Made by a program: the position numbers and the translations under genes. 64,000 nucleotides of DNA from Paraspadella gotoi (taxonomy: Eukaryota; Animalia; Chaetognatha): contig CM119264.1 in assembly GCA_051294375.1 (NCBI GenBank), positions 20,858,438-20,922,437 of the forward strand. Direction: 5' to 3'. Below are positions 12,948 to 26,599 of the stretch, in pieces (positions within the stretch are counted from its first letter, which is position 1; every line of letters begins with the position of its first letter). The notes below the pieces were generated by a model, which did no database searches, was not told where the DNA came from, and saw nothing but the letters and a program-made list of their open reading frames with translations.

Positions 12948-13027
12948 GCGGGAAGCGTGAGGACGGCCGTAAGCCGCCTTTGGGGCATGGAAAACCCTCA
13001 AGCCTGGTTCCAAGCCCAGGGACCTGT
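12948..13027 (+). ncRNA. Twister ribozyme, P5-type, predicted cleavage U12970/A12971
   Basis: P5 GCGGG/CCTGT; GA+GGA pairing with L4 TCC (T1); CGGCCG; TAA-GCC-GCC; P3 TTGGGG/CCTCAA; P4 CCTGG/CCAGG closing loop TTCCAAGC. Confidence 0.8.
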
Positions 13028-13275
13028 TCCATGGCTGCAAGAGGGGGTTATAGAAGTTACGGACAGTCATCTTCAGCCCACATAGCGCCTTATCCACACT
13101 GGTGAGCCCATCCTGTTGAGCGTATTCCAACCTTCTGATTCCAGGCCCTTGGTCTAGCTGAAGATTGCTCCCCTCCCTCCACTGGAAGCAGTGCAGGGTG
13201 GGTTACAATTTGGAGGGCATGTAGTCGGGCATTGCCCAGGTTCACCCCGCCTAGAAGCATGGCGCCTTTAGTTGT

Positions 13276-13348
13276 GACCCGGTGGCTCATTGAGTGAAGC
13301 CATCAGCTCATGACCACTAGGTACCGGATTCAATCCCAACCCGGTTCC
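13276..13348 (+). other. tRNA-derived module in LTR (Met-like CAT loop); second copy at 12869-12941
   Basis: 73 nt; A-box-like TGGCTCATTGAG, loop CTCATGA, B-box-like GGATTCAATCCC, partly pairing ends GACCCGG/CCGGTTC. Confidence 0.6.
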
Positions 13349-13354
13349 TACCCT

Positions 13355-13434
13355 GCGGGAAGCGTGAGGACGGCCGTAAGCCGCCTTGGGGGCATGGCAA
13401 ACCCTCAAGCCTGGTTCCAAGTCCAGGGACCCGT
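13355..13434 (+). ncRNA. Twister ribozyme, P5-type, 3' LTR copy, predicted cleavage U13377/A13378
   Basis: Same fold as 12948-13027; P5 GCGGG/CCCGT; L4 TTCCAAGT turns one T2 pair into G-U. Confidence 0.7.
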
Positions 13435-14130
13435 TCCATGGCTGCTAGAGGGGGTTATAGAAGTTACGGACAGTCCACGTAGCGCCTTATCCACAGAGGC
13501 AAAATTTTTTTCATTCAAAAATATTAAGTTATCGAGCTTAAAAACCTCTCACCGTTTAAGTAAAAGTAAACTAAAGGACATGATATCTATACATAAAAAT
13601 TTGTATGTTTTGTCTTTAACGATCTGTTTTTAAAATGTTAAAATCTCTTTGTTTTCGTTTGCGAAATATTTTTTAGCGGCGAGTTTCAAATGGTCACATA
13701 GTAACTTTTAAAAAAATTATCGTTTTTCTATTTATTAACGTTTAAACAATAACATATCTGTAACATATCCATTTGAGCCCTTTAACGAAAAATAGTTTCG
13801 GTGACATTCTCCAAGACTGCCAATACAATTGCGGGACCACCTACCCTCTCCTCTTTCATCGTCGAGGAAAAAAGGAAAACCTCGGTGACCTTATATATCC
13901 AGGGGCCTCATCTACGGTCCTCATAAAACGTGGCCATAATTTGAGGAAATGGCTCCTTTTTCGCCTTCGATCTCCCGCAGGCGGCACCATAAACAAACCC
14001 AAACGCGACTTTTTTCCACCTCGTCGAGATTCGCCGTCTGGGCACAACCACTTTTTCTTCATCATTCCCCGTCTTTCTCTCTTCCTTTCTTTTATTCTTT
14101 TTTTCTTTGTTTTATTCTTTTTTATTTTTT

Positions 14131-14198
<68 letters not shown>

Positions 14199-14998
14199 TC
14201 AGTTTTTCTTTCTGTCTTTCCTTCTTACTTACTTTCTTTCTTTCTTTCAGTTTTTCTTTTTTTTTCTTTCAAACTTTCTTGGATTTTTATCGAGCCATGA
14301 CCGGCGAAGCCGGGTCAGGCTCTATAATGTTTTAGTATTGCTTCTTTGTGACGTAGTCGTCGTCGTCGTCGTTCGTCGTCGTCACGCTTTTTTGTATAAA
14401 AACTACTGCGCTTTTATAGTTTTGGCTGGGACTTACCGTTTTTTTTAAATAAAAATTATTATGAATTACAATGAAGTTTTATAAAAGTGTGCTATCATAG
14501 TAAGTTAAAAATTTAGATATGGCTTCTCATCTTGAAATAGCTTTGATATTTTCATATTACATTTGGATTTAAGTATTTTTTGTTTAAATTTCCACTTCAT
14601 TATGATTTACTGCAATATGCAAATGAGATTAAAGTACTCATTATAATATCCAAATTAGTATATAGAAATGCTTTAATCTAATTTACATATTGCAGTATTA
14701 TAATATTGAAAATGAAATTCAAAATTTTTTTTTAAATCTATAATAAAAATGGGAACTCAAAATAACTTTTTAATAAGAAGCTATATCTTAATTTTAATAC
14801 AAATAAAAATAAAATCTTTTACAAGCTGCGATTGGAAAAAATTGGAAAAATTTCCAATTGTAAACAATTGTAACATATTTTTGCCTTTCTTTTATTTCTT
14901 TAAATTATATATATATTTTTTCTTTTTTAGAAAAGACGAGTTCAGGCTCTGCAGTGATTGTACAGCGGCCTGTCCAGCAGCTGTCCAGCTTTGTCTCT

Positions 14999-15039
<41 letters not shown>

Positions 15040-15242
15040 CGATCTCATGCCTGATCGTTCGTTTTTTGAAAAATTCTGATTATTTTTTTCCTTTTAAAAA
15101 CTTTTATTATCGCCATTTATTCGCGCTTTTTTCTCAATACAAAATCCCAAATTTACATCCGAGATTTTCCTGGATACATTTTAGAAAAAGTGAAGAATAA
15201 CTTATAACGAGTTCCGCCTCTGCAGGCGTCTGTTCAGCTCTT

Positions 15243-15304
<62 letters not shown>

Positions 15305-15475
15305 ATCTTTCTCTCTCTCTTTCTCTCTTCTCTCTCTCTCTCTCTCCTCTCCCTCTCCCTTTCTCTCTTCTCTCTCTCTCCTATTTTTTTTTAGTCACTT
15401 TTTTTTTCACCACCGTCACTTGGCGACGAGTAAACGAGTAAACGAGTTCCGCCTCTGCAGCGTCTCGTTCACTTC

Positions 15476-15531
<56 letters not shown>

Positions 15532-15979
15532 CTTCTTCTTACGATCTCTTGCGTGATCGTTCGTTTTTTGAAAAATTCTGATTATTTTTTTCCTGCTAAA
15601 AACTTTTATTATCTCTCTCACTTATAATGATATGCATTGTCACATATAAATCAGCTAATGTGACCTATTATATATGTAGCACTTTCGCCGAATAATATAT
15701 TGCATGCATCACATTATAAAAAAAAATTTGTTGTTTTTATTTATTATTGCAACTTGACCGGTTGGCCCACTATTGGCAAATTATATCTAAAATAGGAGTG
15801 ATAAGAGAGATATAGTCAAATTAAACATTACTTTTTTTGTTATTCTGATAATTTGTACTATTATTAATTTATAAATATTTTAGTATATATATTTGTGGTA
15901 TAATCCTTTCTTTTCGTTGTGTAATAATTATTAGAAAAGTTTGAAATGAATTTTCAACAACGATTTTATTTTAATAAAA

Positions 15980-16021
15980 AACGGACATGTTTCGGCTTAA
16001 CTACAAGCCTTCATCAGCATT
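15980..16021 (-). ncRNA. Minimal type I hammerhead ribozyme (Penelope-type)
   Basis: Exact reverse complement of 16051-16092. Confidence 0.85.
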
Positions 16022-16050
16022 AAAAAAGTTAGTGAATCACTAACTTTTTT

Positions 16051-16092
16051 AATGCTGATGAAGGCTTGTAGTTAAGCCGAAACATGTCCGTT
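16051..16092 (+). ncRNA. Minimal type I hammerhead ribozyme (Penelope-type), predicted cleavage after C16088
   Basis: AATG-CTGATGA-A-GGCTT/AAGCC-GAAACATG-TC-CGTT; intact core, palindromic ACATGT stem III. Confidence 0.88.
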
Positions 16093-16514
16093 TTTTATTA
16101 AAATAAAAATCGTTGTTGAAAATTCATTTCAAACTTTCTAATAAGTATATATATTTAATCATTTTTATCTTTTTTTTAAAATAATAATTATTTGAGTTGT
16201 GATAACTATTTATAAATTAATTAAATATGCAAATATTAAATTTGACCTCGGTCTGGTTTCTTCCTAAAAAAGAACAATCTTTTCTCTGTCTTTCTCTTTC
16301 TCTCTCTCTCTCTCTCTTTCTCTCTTTCTGTCTCTTTTTTTTTTCTTCTAAAAAACTTTTATATCGCCATTTATTCCGCGCTTTTTTCTCAATACAAAAT
16401 CCCAAATTTACATCGAGATTTTTGTGGATTTTTTTCCTAAAAAATTCTGATTATTCTTTATATAAACGAGAGAGACATAATAATGCGTTTCGTGGCGGGA
16501 AAACTGTCCAGCCT

Positions 16515-16561
<47 letters not shown>

Positions 16562-17244
16562 TTCTCTCTCTCTTTCACTCATACACGCATTTGTTTGTTT
16601 TATTTACGATAAATGAATGAACGCATCAATGAATGACTATCATCGTATCAATGAATGATTATCATCATATCAATGAATGTCTATCATCGCATCAATCATT
16701 TGATTATCATCACATCAGTCATTTTGTTATCATCGCAACAATTATTGGTTATCATCGCGTCAATATTTGGTTATCATCGCATCAATATTTGGTTATCATC
16801 GCATCAATATTTGTTACCATCGAAAGCTGGCTCGATCCCTATTGCTTTTAAGATTTTTTCTTTCTTTTTTGATCTTCTGATTTCTTTATTTATCCTTTTA
16901 TTCATCTGACCTGTACTACAATTATATAGGGTATTATCTTATCCCATCAGGTAACAAAAGCTATTCTCCAATTCTAAGCGAAAACCCGGAGAATCTTTTG
17001 TTTTCGTCTTCTTAATAATAATTTGTTCCACCGACGCGTCGCGACGCGCGGAACGACACAAAATTTGGAATTTTCGTTTTGTCTTTCCATTTGAACGCAA
17101 AAAAAGAAGCAAAACGCTGCGCAATGAGCGACCGGTCGAATGCGGAGATAAGAAGCGAAAACGATTAGACGGGTTGTTTGGGACATGTGGACAAGCTGAG
17201 ATAGAGTGCCATTAAAATTTTAATCTCTCACTTTCTCTGTCTCT

Positions 17245-17371
<127 letters not shown>

Positions 17372-18689
17372 AATCACCGCAGAAATAAAGAAAATGACAG
17401 TATGTTTCACCAGTCTTGGGGAACTACAACAACAACAACTACAACAACAAGTCACCAAGGTAGAATGAGGTTCAGTATTGTCTGTTTAAGTCGTGAGCCT
17501 CTGAGACATCCGTGAACCGGTGAACAGGCGGAGCGTGAAACTCCAGTGGCATCTTGAAACGTCAATTGTTATCTGTGACTTATCACTTATGAATTATGGA
17601 ATCTAGGATAGAAACAAGACAAAAAAAGGAAAAAGAGATAAAAAAGGGAGATAAAAAGAGAGAGAGAAAAAGAGTGAGAGAGAGATTAAGGGATTTCAAA
17701 TGGGAGTGAAATGAAAGGATCAAATACTGTGGCTAAACTATTTGTTATAGCAACCCTGGTAAAGAAATCGCTGAAGTTTTTTATTTTCCAACTCCCAGTA
17801 GTCCAACTTGCTTACTTTCTTAGCATGGTCTAATTTCAAAAAAGCAATTTTTTTGCATTTGAATAGGACCTTCCTGTTATAAAATATATTTTTATGAACA
17901 AAAATGAATTGTTTGAAAATTTCGGTACATCTTAAAAATATAAACTTTAAAGTATGTGTCTGAGCAATCAGAATGTTAAAAACTTTTTCATAGCCATAAT
18001 GACAGCCCTTTCAATTTTATATTTTTTTCTAGTTAAAACTTATAGAAATGAAAAATGTCAGCTTTGAAAAAAAATTGGAAAAGAACATTGATCAGGCAAG
18101 CGCTTGTTACCTCACTAAACCTTGAAATATATTAATGATAAATTTTTTTAATACTCCCAAGACATTATACTAACTATTGAATATGAATATGAATATATTT
18201 GTCTCAATTTTTTTCACAATAAGTTTAAAATTGAATTATCAAATAAGAGAGGAAAAATTCTGAAAAAAAAAGCAGCTGGAAAGCAAGCGCACCAGTTGTT
18301 ATGATGTAAAGTATTCTTAATTTGTTATATAGGTACATAAACGTCAGGGAATTTTCTAACTAATGAAATGATCAAATAGCAATCATATTGAGTCAGTTAA
18401 GAGTAATAACAAATCTTTTCATTTCACTCCGATTTGAAATCCGACGTTAAAACGTATATGACTAAATGACTATATGACTATTGAAATAAAATCATAATCT
18501 TGACATCCTGTCAAAATATACATGGTGACCATTCGAAACCCGCCGTTTTTTTTTCTATCCTAATATCTCTCTTATTCTTTCTTCCCATTTATTTATCTCC
18601 TCTTTTTTTTTCTTTCTCACTTTCCTCTTTTTCTTTCCCCCTTTCTTTTCTCTCCTTTTTTCTCCCTTTTATTTAACCTTTTTCCTTTT

Positions 18690-19510
18690 TTTCGCCCTTC
18701 CATGCAATAGTATATATTCAATTTAGCTAAAAATAAATAATCCTTCTCATTTTACTTTTTCTCTCTTTTTTCCCTCTTTAAAATGAACAAAGAAGCAAAT
18801 GAAATAAAACCGAATGAATGAAAAAAATTAATAAAAAACCAAATAAAAAAAATTATTATAAAAAATTTAAAAATTGATAATAGAAGGAAAGAATCTTAAA
18901 AAAGACATTAAGGCTAACTAAAACTATCCTTAAATAATGATGATATACTTTTTAAATAACTGAAAAATATATTTATTAATCAATAAATCTTTTGATAAAT
19001 CGATAAATCAACCAGTCTATCAATAAATTAAAATTCATATTTATATTTATGGTCAATGACCATTGGTCATGGTTTATGAAAGACTAACAACAGAAAACAA
19101 GTGTTCAAGAAACTAACAACTACAAAAATAATGAGGAAGAGAAGTAGAGAAAGAAAAATAGAAAACAAAAAAGAGAAGAGAAAACAAAATATACTAGAAT
19201 TAGAATTCGATGGTATCCTTTTGTTTCGTTGTATTATGAGATTAGCAAAAATATTTGTCTTGTTACAACAACAATTTTATTTTATATAATAAACAGACAT
19301 GTTTCGAGTCTGTTTTGAGTCTTCTTCAGTGCATTCAGGAGCCAGAGTTAAAGAGAAAATACCATTAAATACTTTAGTTTGTTTAAAATATTAATATTTT
19401 AAATTTAAAGTTAAATTATAAAATTAACCGATCTTAACGGTTAACCGTTAAAAATATTAGTTTTAACGGTTAAGCGAATTTCCTAAAAAATTAACCGTTA
19501 TCGGAACTCT
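18690..19510. repeat. About 820-bp dispersed repeat (DNA-transposon end carrying a hammerhead-bearing insert); second copy at 61320-62111
   Basis: Colinear similarity to 61320-62111; both end in TTAACSGTTATCGGAACTCTA with subterminal TTAACCG/CGGTTAA motifs. Confidence 0.8.
19292..19333 (-). ncRNA. Minimal type I hammerhead motif
   Basis: Reverse complement GCA-CTGAAGA-A-GACTC..GACTC-GAAACATG-TC-TGT; one stem II mismatch. Confidence 0.7.
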
Positions 19511-20000
19511 ACCTATAATATAGGCTATATTAGCACAAATTAGAGAGATTAACTTAACAAAGCCATGAATTCCGGGTGAAAATCTCTAATTTGCTCCTTA
19601 TATTTTTTTGCTCATTACGTACTCAAAACTAAATCAATTATACAGAAATTGTATGTTTCTTATCTTTATCTTGTATGTTTCTTATCTTTATCTTTTTTCA
19701 AAATGTTAAAATTTCTACGCGTTTTTGTATGGTGAATTTTTTATAGCGGCGGGTTTCAAATGGTCATGGCGCAGAAAAAAAAAATCCGGAATTTATGCTG
19801 CAAAATACCAAAACTGTTAAACGAAAATGACGAATCGCGTACGATTAAAAGTATCCGTTGGGTTGGAATGAGTTATCGACCAGACATCGGCAAGGAAATA
19901 TAGAGAGAAGTAGTCACTAGAGAGGAGAAAATGGGAAAAAGAGAAGGATAGGAGAGAGTAACTTAGGAGCTGGTGAAACTGACGTCGTGGGAATAAAGAG

Positions 20001-20100
<100 letters not shown>

Positions 20101-20495
20101 AATATAAATCTCAACTCGAATCATCATCCGCCACAATCCCCACATCAAATTTTATTCTGCAATCGAATATTATTTTTTAAAATTTAATTTACGGCGGATT
20201 TTTCGAATTTTCGCTCCATTTAGTAAATTTGAGGTTAAATCATTTTTGAAATCTCGTCTCGATCAGAGTTCCGCTCACCTTCGCCGGCGTCGAGGCTAAT
20301 TAACCATCGTCGGAGCGAATTGGCGCGGTGGCGGGGGATGAAGTCGATCAGTCACGAAGGGACCGAGATTGAAAGGTTTGCCCTAAACGTGTGTCCGATA
20401 AAGAGTGAATGAATGAAATCGGGATTAATTAACCGCAACTTCACATCCGGAGCGAGTTATCTCGAAAAAGCGATCTTCCCATTCTCGCGACTCGA

Positions 20496-20535
<40 letters not shown>

Positions 20536-20829
20536 ATTAAAAATCCGTAATCCCGTTTTAATCGCGACGAATCCCCGTCATGTTTTGACGTCGGGAATCG
20601 TAAATTCTTCGCAAACGGGCGTGACCGAGATGTCGAGGGAGAGCGAAGCGGACGAGCTGCCGCACGCGCTCGATCGGATGGGATGGTCCCTCCACTTGAG
20701 CGAAGGCTGATCCACAATAGATCCTCGGGCTTGAACAAAAAAATGCTTAGAACACACCAGTCACATTAGCTGCGGCACTAAATGGGGTGAGTCAAAAATT
20801 TAGAGTGAGTTCAAGCTCAAACGAAAATT

Positions 20830-21868
20830 TATACGACGACGACGACGACGACGAAAAAAATTATTATAAATTTCAATGAAGTTTTATAAAAGTGTGCGAT
20901 CATAGTAAGTTAAAAATTTAGATACTATCTTCTCATCTTGAAATAGCTTTGAAATTATCATATTACATTTGGATTCAAGTACTTTTTGTTTGAATTTCCA
21001 CTTCATTATTATTATATAGAAATGCTTTATTGAAGATGAAATTCATAAACAAATCTTTGAATCAATATAAAACATGTGAAATCAAAAGACCTTTTTAATG
21101 AGAAGCTATATCTTAATTTTAATACAAATAAAAATAAAATCTTTTAGAAGCTATGATTGGAAAAAATTGTAAAAATCTCCAATTGTAAACAATGTAACAT
21201 TTTTTTTCTTTCTTTTATTTCTTTAAATTATATTTAAATTTTTCTTCTTATTTTTGTCAGTTGCTGCCTTTTCTGAATCCTTTAAAAACGAGTTCAGGCT
21301 CTGCAGTGACTGTTCAGCTGCCTTCCAACGGCTGTCCAGCTTTCTCTCTTTCTCTCTCTGTCTCTGTCTGTCTTTCTCTTTCTGTCTCTCTCTATGATTA
21401 TTTTTTCTTTTTAAAAACTTTTATTATTGCCCTTTATTCCGCGCTTTTTTCTCAATGCAAAATCCCAAATTTACATCCGAGATTTTCGTGGATTTATTCT
21501 CTTTCTTTCTCTCTCTCTCTTTCTTTCTCTCTCTCTTTCTCTCTCTCTTTCTCGCTCTCATTCACTCATACACGCATTTGTTTGTTTTATTTATGATGAA
21601 TGATTCATTGCGTCAATGAATGACTATCATCGCATCAATGAATGACTATCATCGTATCAATGAATGATTATCATCATATCAATGAATGACTATCATCGCA
21701 TCAATCATTTGGTTATTATCACATCAATCATTTGGTTATCATCACATCGATCATTTGGTTATCATCGCATCAATCCTTTGGTTATCATCGCATCAATCCT
21801 TTGGTTATAATCACAAAAATATTTGGTTATTATGAAGTAGGCTCAATCCTATTCTTTTAAGATTTTTC
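20830..21868 (+). mobile_element. Family H2 repeat, 5'-truncated copy
   Basis: Colinear with 14460-16860, same 3' terminus. Confidence 0.65.
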
Positions 21869-22329
21869 AGTATACTTTCAATGGACCAAAAATTTCTTAA
21901 ATAGCTCCATACCCTAGTAATTAATTTTTTAATATTTATTTATAGATAGGAAGGGCAAACAATTTTTTTGAGAAATGTTAAATTTTAAAACCAGTTTCAG
22001 ATAGCTCATAAAAGTTATCTACACAAAGTATAATTCTTTTTTAAAAATTTTCATCATAAGCAGGTCAAAAAAAGAAAAACTGCAAAAAAATATCATCATC
22101 ATCATCTTTAGATGATTTTATCATTTTTTTTAGATTTATACTTAGAAAATGTAAGAAGTTTAAAAGCTGTAATTATATTTCTTGTTTAACTTTTTATGCT
22201 CGATCAGAATCCATCAAAAAATTTTAAGATTTCAAAAAAAATTTTTGTCTTTTTATAATAATATAATAATTTTAATTAGGCTAGTACCCTCAGAAAAAAA
22301 ATTTTTTGACAAAAAATATCTATGCTCAT

Positions 22330-23050
22330 TAAGGCGTAGTAAAATTTCTAAATTTAACTTTAATTAAAATTCTAAAAGTGAAGAACGAACAATATTATAT
22401 TAATGAACATTTATATAATAAAAATATTTATAATAAATTTTACAATTTACACAGTAGGCCATATTTATACTAGTATTAAACCAATAAATGTTAAAATTTC
22501 AAAACAGTATTTTCTAAGATTTTTTTGCAGATTTGGTTTTGTCATAAAAAGTTGACAGAAAGAAATATAACTCTTTTTGAAAAATTCCTTCATTAAGTAG
22601 GTCAAAAATTAAAAAAAGCTATATTTTAAGCTGAAAATTAATTTTTTATATATTAAATATAGTTAATAGTTTGATTTGGTCTTTTCATGCCAATAATATA
22701 AAAGGAAAACAAATTATTTCTGGAAGTAACATAATATTTATTTTTAAATAACAAATAAATATTAAATATAGTTTTTTTAATTTTTAACCCACTTAATGAA
22801 AGAATTTTTAAAAATGATTTATATTTTCTTCTATCAACTTTTGACGAGGAATTCAAATCTGCAATCAAAATTAAGAAAAGCCTATTTTGAAATTTTTCGA
22901 TTTTATAAGGATAGTACTATATATAAATATAGCTTACTGCGAAAATTAAAAAACATAGAATTAATTTTTTTTACAAATTAATATTCACTGATAGTATATT
23001 GTTCATAATTGACTTTTAGAATTTTCGTATGTAACTTTCACTACGCCTTA
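22330..23050. mobile_element. MITE family M2
   Basis: TIRs TAAGGCGTAGT/ACTACGCCTTA, 8-bp TSD ATGCTCAT. Confidence 0.92.
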
Positions 23051-23424
23051 ATGCTCATGATAGATTATCTTAACGTTGTATACATTAGCATTTAAATTTC
23101 ATCGGCTCTGGCTACTTAGAGTGAAGAGGTCGCCCAAGGTCATCGATGACATCAAAGTTCATGGCTGAGGCTCTGACTCGGTTTACGTTGTCGATCCGAG
23201 TTTTTTCGCTAAAAAAATTGAAACTACCACAGACGCGAGTTCAGCGGCCAAAGGCTTTCACCACTCCTCTCGCTCCCCTGTAATGAACCAGAAGGAGCGG
23301 ACTGCTCCTCCTCATCCTAACCACTCCTTCGAAATGGCACCCAACGCTCGGCCTCGTGGCGTCGATGGACCGAAACGGAAAAAGTCGAGGAATTTTTCAA
23401 TCATTAACGAATTCGAGTGAAGCG

Positions 23425-23461
<37 letters not shown>

Positions 23462-23669
23462 GAGGGAGAAAGAGAGAGAGAGAGAGATAGAAAGAAAGAA
23501 AGTAAGAAAGAAGAAAGAAAGAAAGAAAAGAAAGAAAGAAAGAAGAAAGAAGAAGAAGAAGGAAGAAAAAAAGGAAAAAAAGAAGAGAAAGAAAGAAAGA
23601 AAGAAAGAAGAAAGAAAGAGAAGAAGAAACAAAAAAATAAGGAAAAAATAACGAAAGAAAGAAAGAAAA

Positions 23670-23733
<64 letters not shown>

Positions 23734-23799
23734 AATAATGAAAAAAAACAACAACAATTACAACAACGCACTCACCATGTACCGATTGTATAAGTCATC

Positions 23800-23925
<126 letters not shown>

Positions 23926-24495
23926 CCTTTGTCGTTTCGCTCGTTTCGGCGGCAAGATGTGGAAAATGAAAGAGATTAAAACTAATTTGACTATTGAGAG
24001 AAGGTTGTTTTATTTTTAAGGCTCTTCTTCGTTAACGATTCTTTTGTTTTTTTTTTTTGTTTTTTTTTGTTTTTTGTGAAACTTGATACGGTATTTAACT
24101 CTCAGAACAATTCTTAATTAAACAATTGTTCAGACCAAAAACTGAAAACCAATCTATAAGTTGACACATCTTAACGATCAAAGCTGATTTTTATTCTACT
24201 TTTTATTTTTAGACCTAGAATAACTAACTTAACTTATTTTTGTAAACACCCCACGGTTTTTTTTCCGTCTCTCATTTTTGTTCCCTCATCATTGCTCTCG
24301 CCATCCATTTTGTTTTTTGACTTCTGGTGTCTCTCCTTCCAATCATGTTTAACCTAATTTGTTTCGTTCCTTTACTTCGTTTTTTTATCACCATTCTTTC
24401 CCCCTTTTTCCATTTTCCCCCCCAACCTTCCGTACGTTTTCCCACCGGATTTTTTTCGCCCCATTTCGCTCGAAACTTCATCCTAGTTGTCGTCG

Positions 24496-24544
<49 letters not shown>

Positions 24545-25376
24545 CGTTGTCGTCGTCGTCGGCGTTGTCGCCGTCGTCGTTCTCGTCGTCGTAAAAAATG
24601 AAAAACACGGAAAAAATCGATTTGAAAAACTATTCCGTTTCGATATTAATATTATTTTTCTTCTGACGAGAAAACGTCAAGAGAGTATCCACAAATCCGT
24701 TGTTATGGTAACGTCTTGCTCAGTTCGTAATCAATGAAGTCAGTAAGAAAAAAGTGTAAAAGCTTGTAGCTTTCTGCTTCCTTATTATCTGTGATTGGGG
24801 CATAAACGCACCATAGCCTGTCCAAAAATGTTCTTTTTTCCGTTATTCAAAGTTTTCATTCTAGACTGAATCAAATTGCAGAAATCTAAGGAGTAAACGT
24901 TGGAAGAGAAACTTTTAATTCTTTCACGTGAGGATTCAACACGATCCCCTTTCATTTTTTATTCCACTTCCATTTTTTCTCACATTTTTTCCGATTTAAA
25001 ATATTTTTTTTTCTCTCCTCATTTGATTTTCATTTGAGCTTCAGTTATGTCCTGGGACGACGGGGTTTATGAAACCCAGGCAACGCCATGTTTTCTCTCT
25101 AATATTCTTTTTTTCTCTCTCTCTATGTCTTTCCTCTTTTTATGTCCATTTTTTCTCCCTTTTTATGTCCATTTTTTTCCGTCGCTAATTCATCCTCCTT
25201 CCACTGGGTCGCGCGTCGGAAAAAAAACAAAAGATCTCTAGAGTCGGTCCCCGCCATCCGGTGGGGGGCTTGGGTGGATAATATCCACTGGATATGCGGG
25301 GGCTGATCGAGTCGACAGAGGGAGCTCGTGTTAGAATGTGTGAATTTGCGATGGCTGGAAAGAGATAGAAAGAGAT

Positions 25377-25490
<114 letters not shown>

Positions 25491-26333
25491 TAATGGAAGT
25501 CGTGAGGGGGAGCAAAAGATTTCAAACGACGCTCTTTCATGTTAAAGTTGACGCGTAGGAACCATTTACTTTTTAAACGTTATGTTAATGACTAAAATCT
25601 TCCTTTTTTTAATAATTTTTTTCTTTTATTATATTACATTGCTTCTTCAAAAAAATTCATATAGCCCCGCCTTTTTAATCCACAATTTGTAGAATATGCG
25701 ATTTGACTTAAAACTGTTGAGGGTAATTTATATAAATATGCAAGGTCATATAATTAATAAATAATACTTCCTCATTACAGTATAATTTAACAATATTATT
25801 TTTCTATACGGGTAATAATTTTTTTTATTCGTTAAAGTTTTTAAGTTTAAATTTTTATTGCTAGTTGTACTCGACTTTCGAAAAATCATTTTACTCTTAT
25901 GGTATTTATCTGCTAGATTTTTCTCAGAAAAAATTTGATCTCTCAACGTCTCTCTGTCATTGTCAGACTATTCTTGTCATTGTTTTCCGCGGGTCGGCAT
26001 CAGCTGGCGAAATAGTTAAAGAAGAAAAGAAACGATCGGAGGAAAGAAAAAAAATTGGGAAGAACCGAGAGTAATTAGCACCATGGATCCACTCGGCTGC
26101 TACGGTCGACCCTTTTCAACGCCGAGGCGCGTTATTTTGATCCAACGCGTCTCAGCCCTTCGCGCCTCCAGACGAAGACCATGACGACAACAACAACCTT
26201 CGAAATTCTTCTAGTAGAGGAGTATAAAGTTTATCGACTTCAAAGGGCATTGTTCACTGAGACGATCCGTTTTTTGAGAGTGCATGGGTAAAATTTAACA
26301 TTCATATTTAGTAAATAACGCTTGAAAGAAGAA

Positions 26334-26565
26334 AAAAAATCTTAAAAGAATAGGATCGAGCCAACCTTCAATGATAACCAAATGATCGATGTGATGATAA
26401 CCAAATGATTGATGTGATAATAACCAAATGATTGATGCGATGATAGTCATTCATTGATTTGATGATAATCATTCATTGATACGATGATAGTCATTCATTG
26501 ATGCGATGATAGTCATGCATTGACGCAATGAAAAATTCATAAAACAAACAAATGCGTGTATGAGT

Positions 26566-26599
<34 letters not shown>

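Larger units (their letters stand above)
12827..13495 (+). mobile_element. TRIM-like non-coding LTR element, family B (tRNA-like module plus twister in the LTR)
   Basis: LTRs 12827-13098 and 13220-13495 (TG...CA), 4-bp TSD GAGG, PBS TGGTGAGCCC at 13100, purine tract GGAGGG before the 3' LTR, 121-bp internal region. Confidence 0.9.
14285..16860 (+). mobile_element. DINE-1/Helentron-like repeat family H2 with internal microsatellites and nested insertions
   Basis: 5' ATCGAGCCATGACCGGCGAAGCCGG hairpin, (GTC)n, 21-bp tandem repeats, 3' TGGCTCGATCCCTATTGCTTTTAAGATTTT; homologous to 20830-21868 and reverse 26334-27560. Confidence 0.6.

Noticed and set aside
12858-13633. 60-107 aa ORFs in the family B element
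   Set aside because: No gag, RT or integrase motifs; LTR indels break the frames; the sequence is better explained by RNA structure
26099-26287. Open frame bounded by AG/GT (also 3024-3220) as exons of further genes
   Set aside because: No recognisable domain or partner exons; needs RNA-seq
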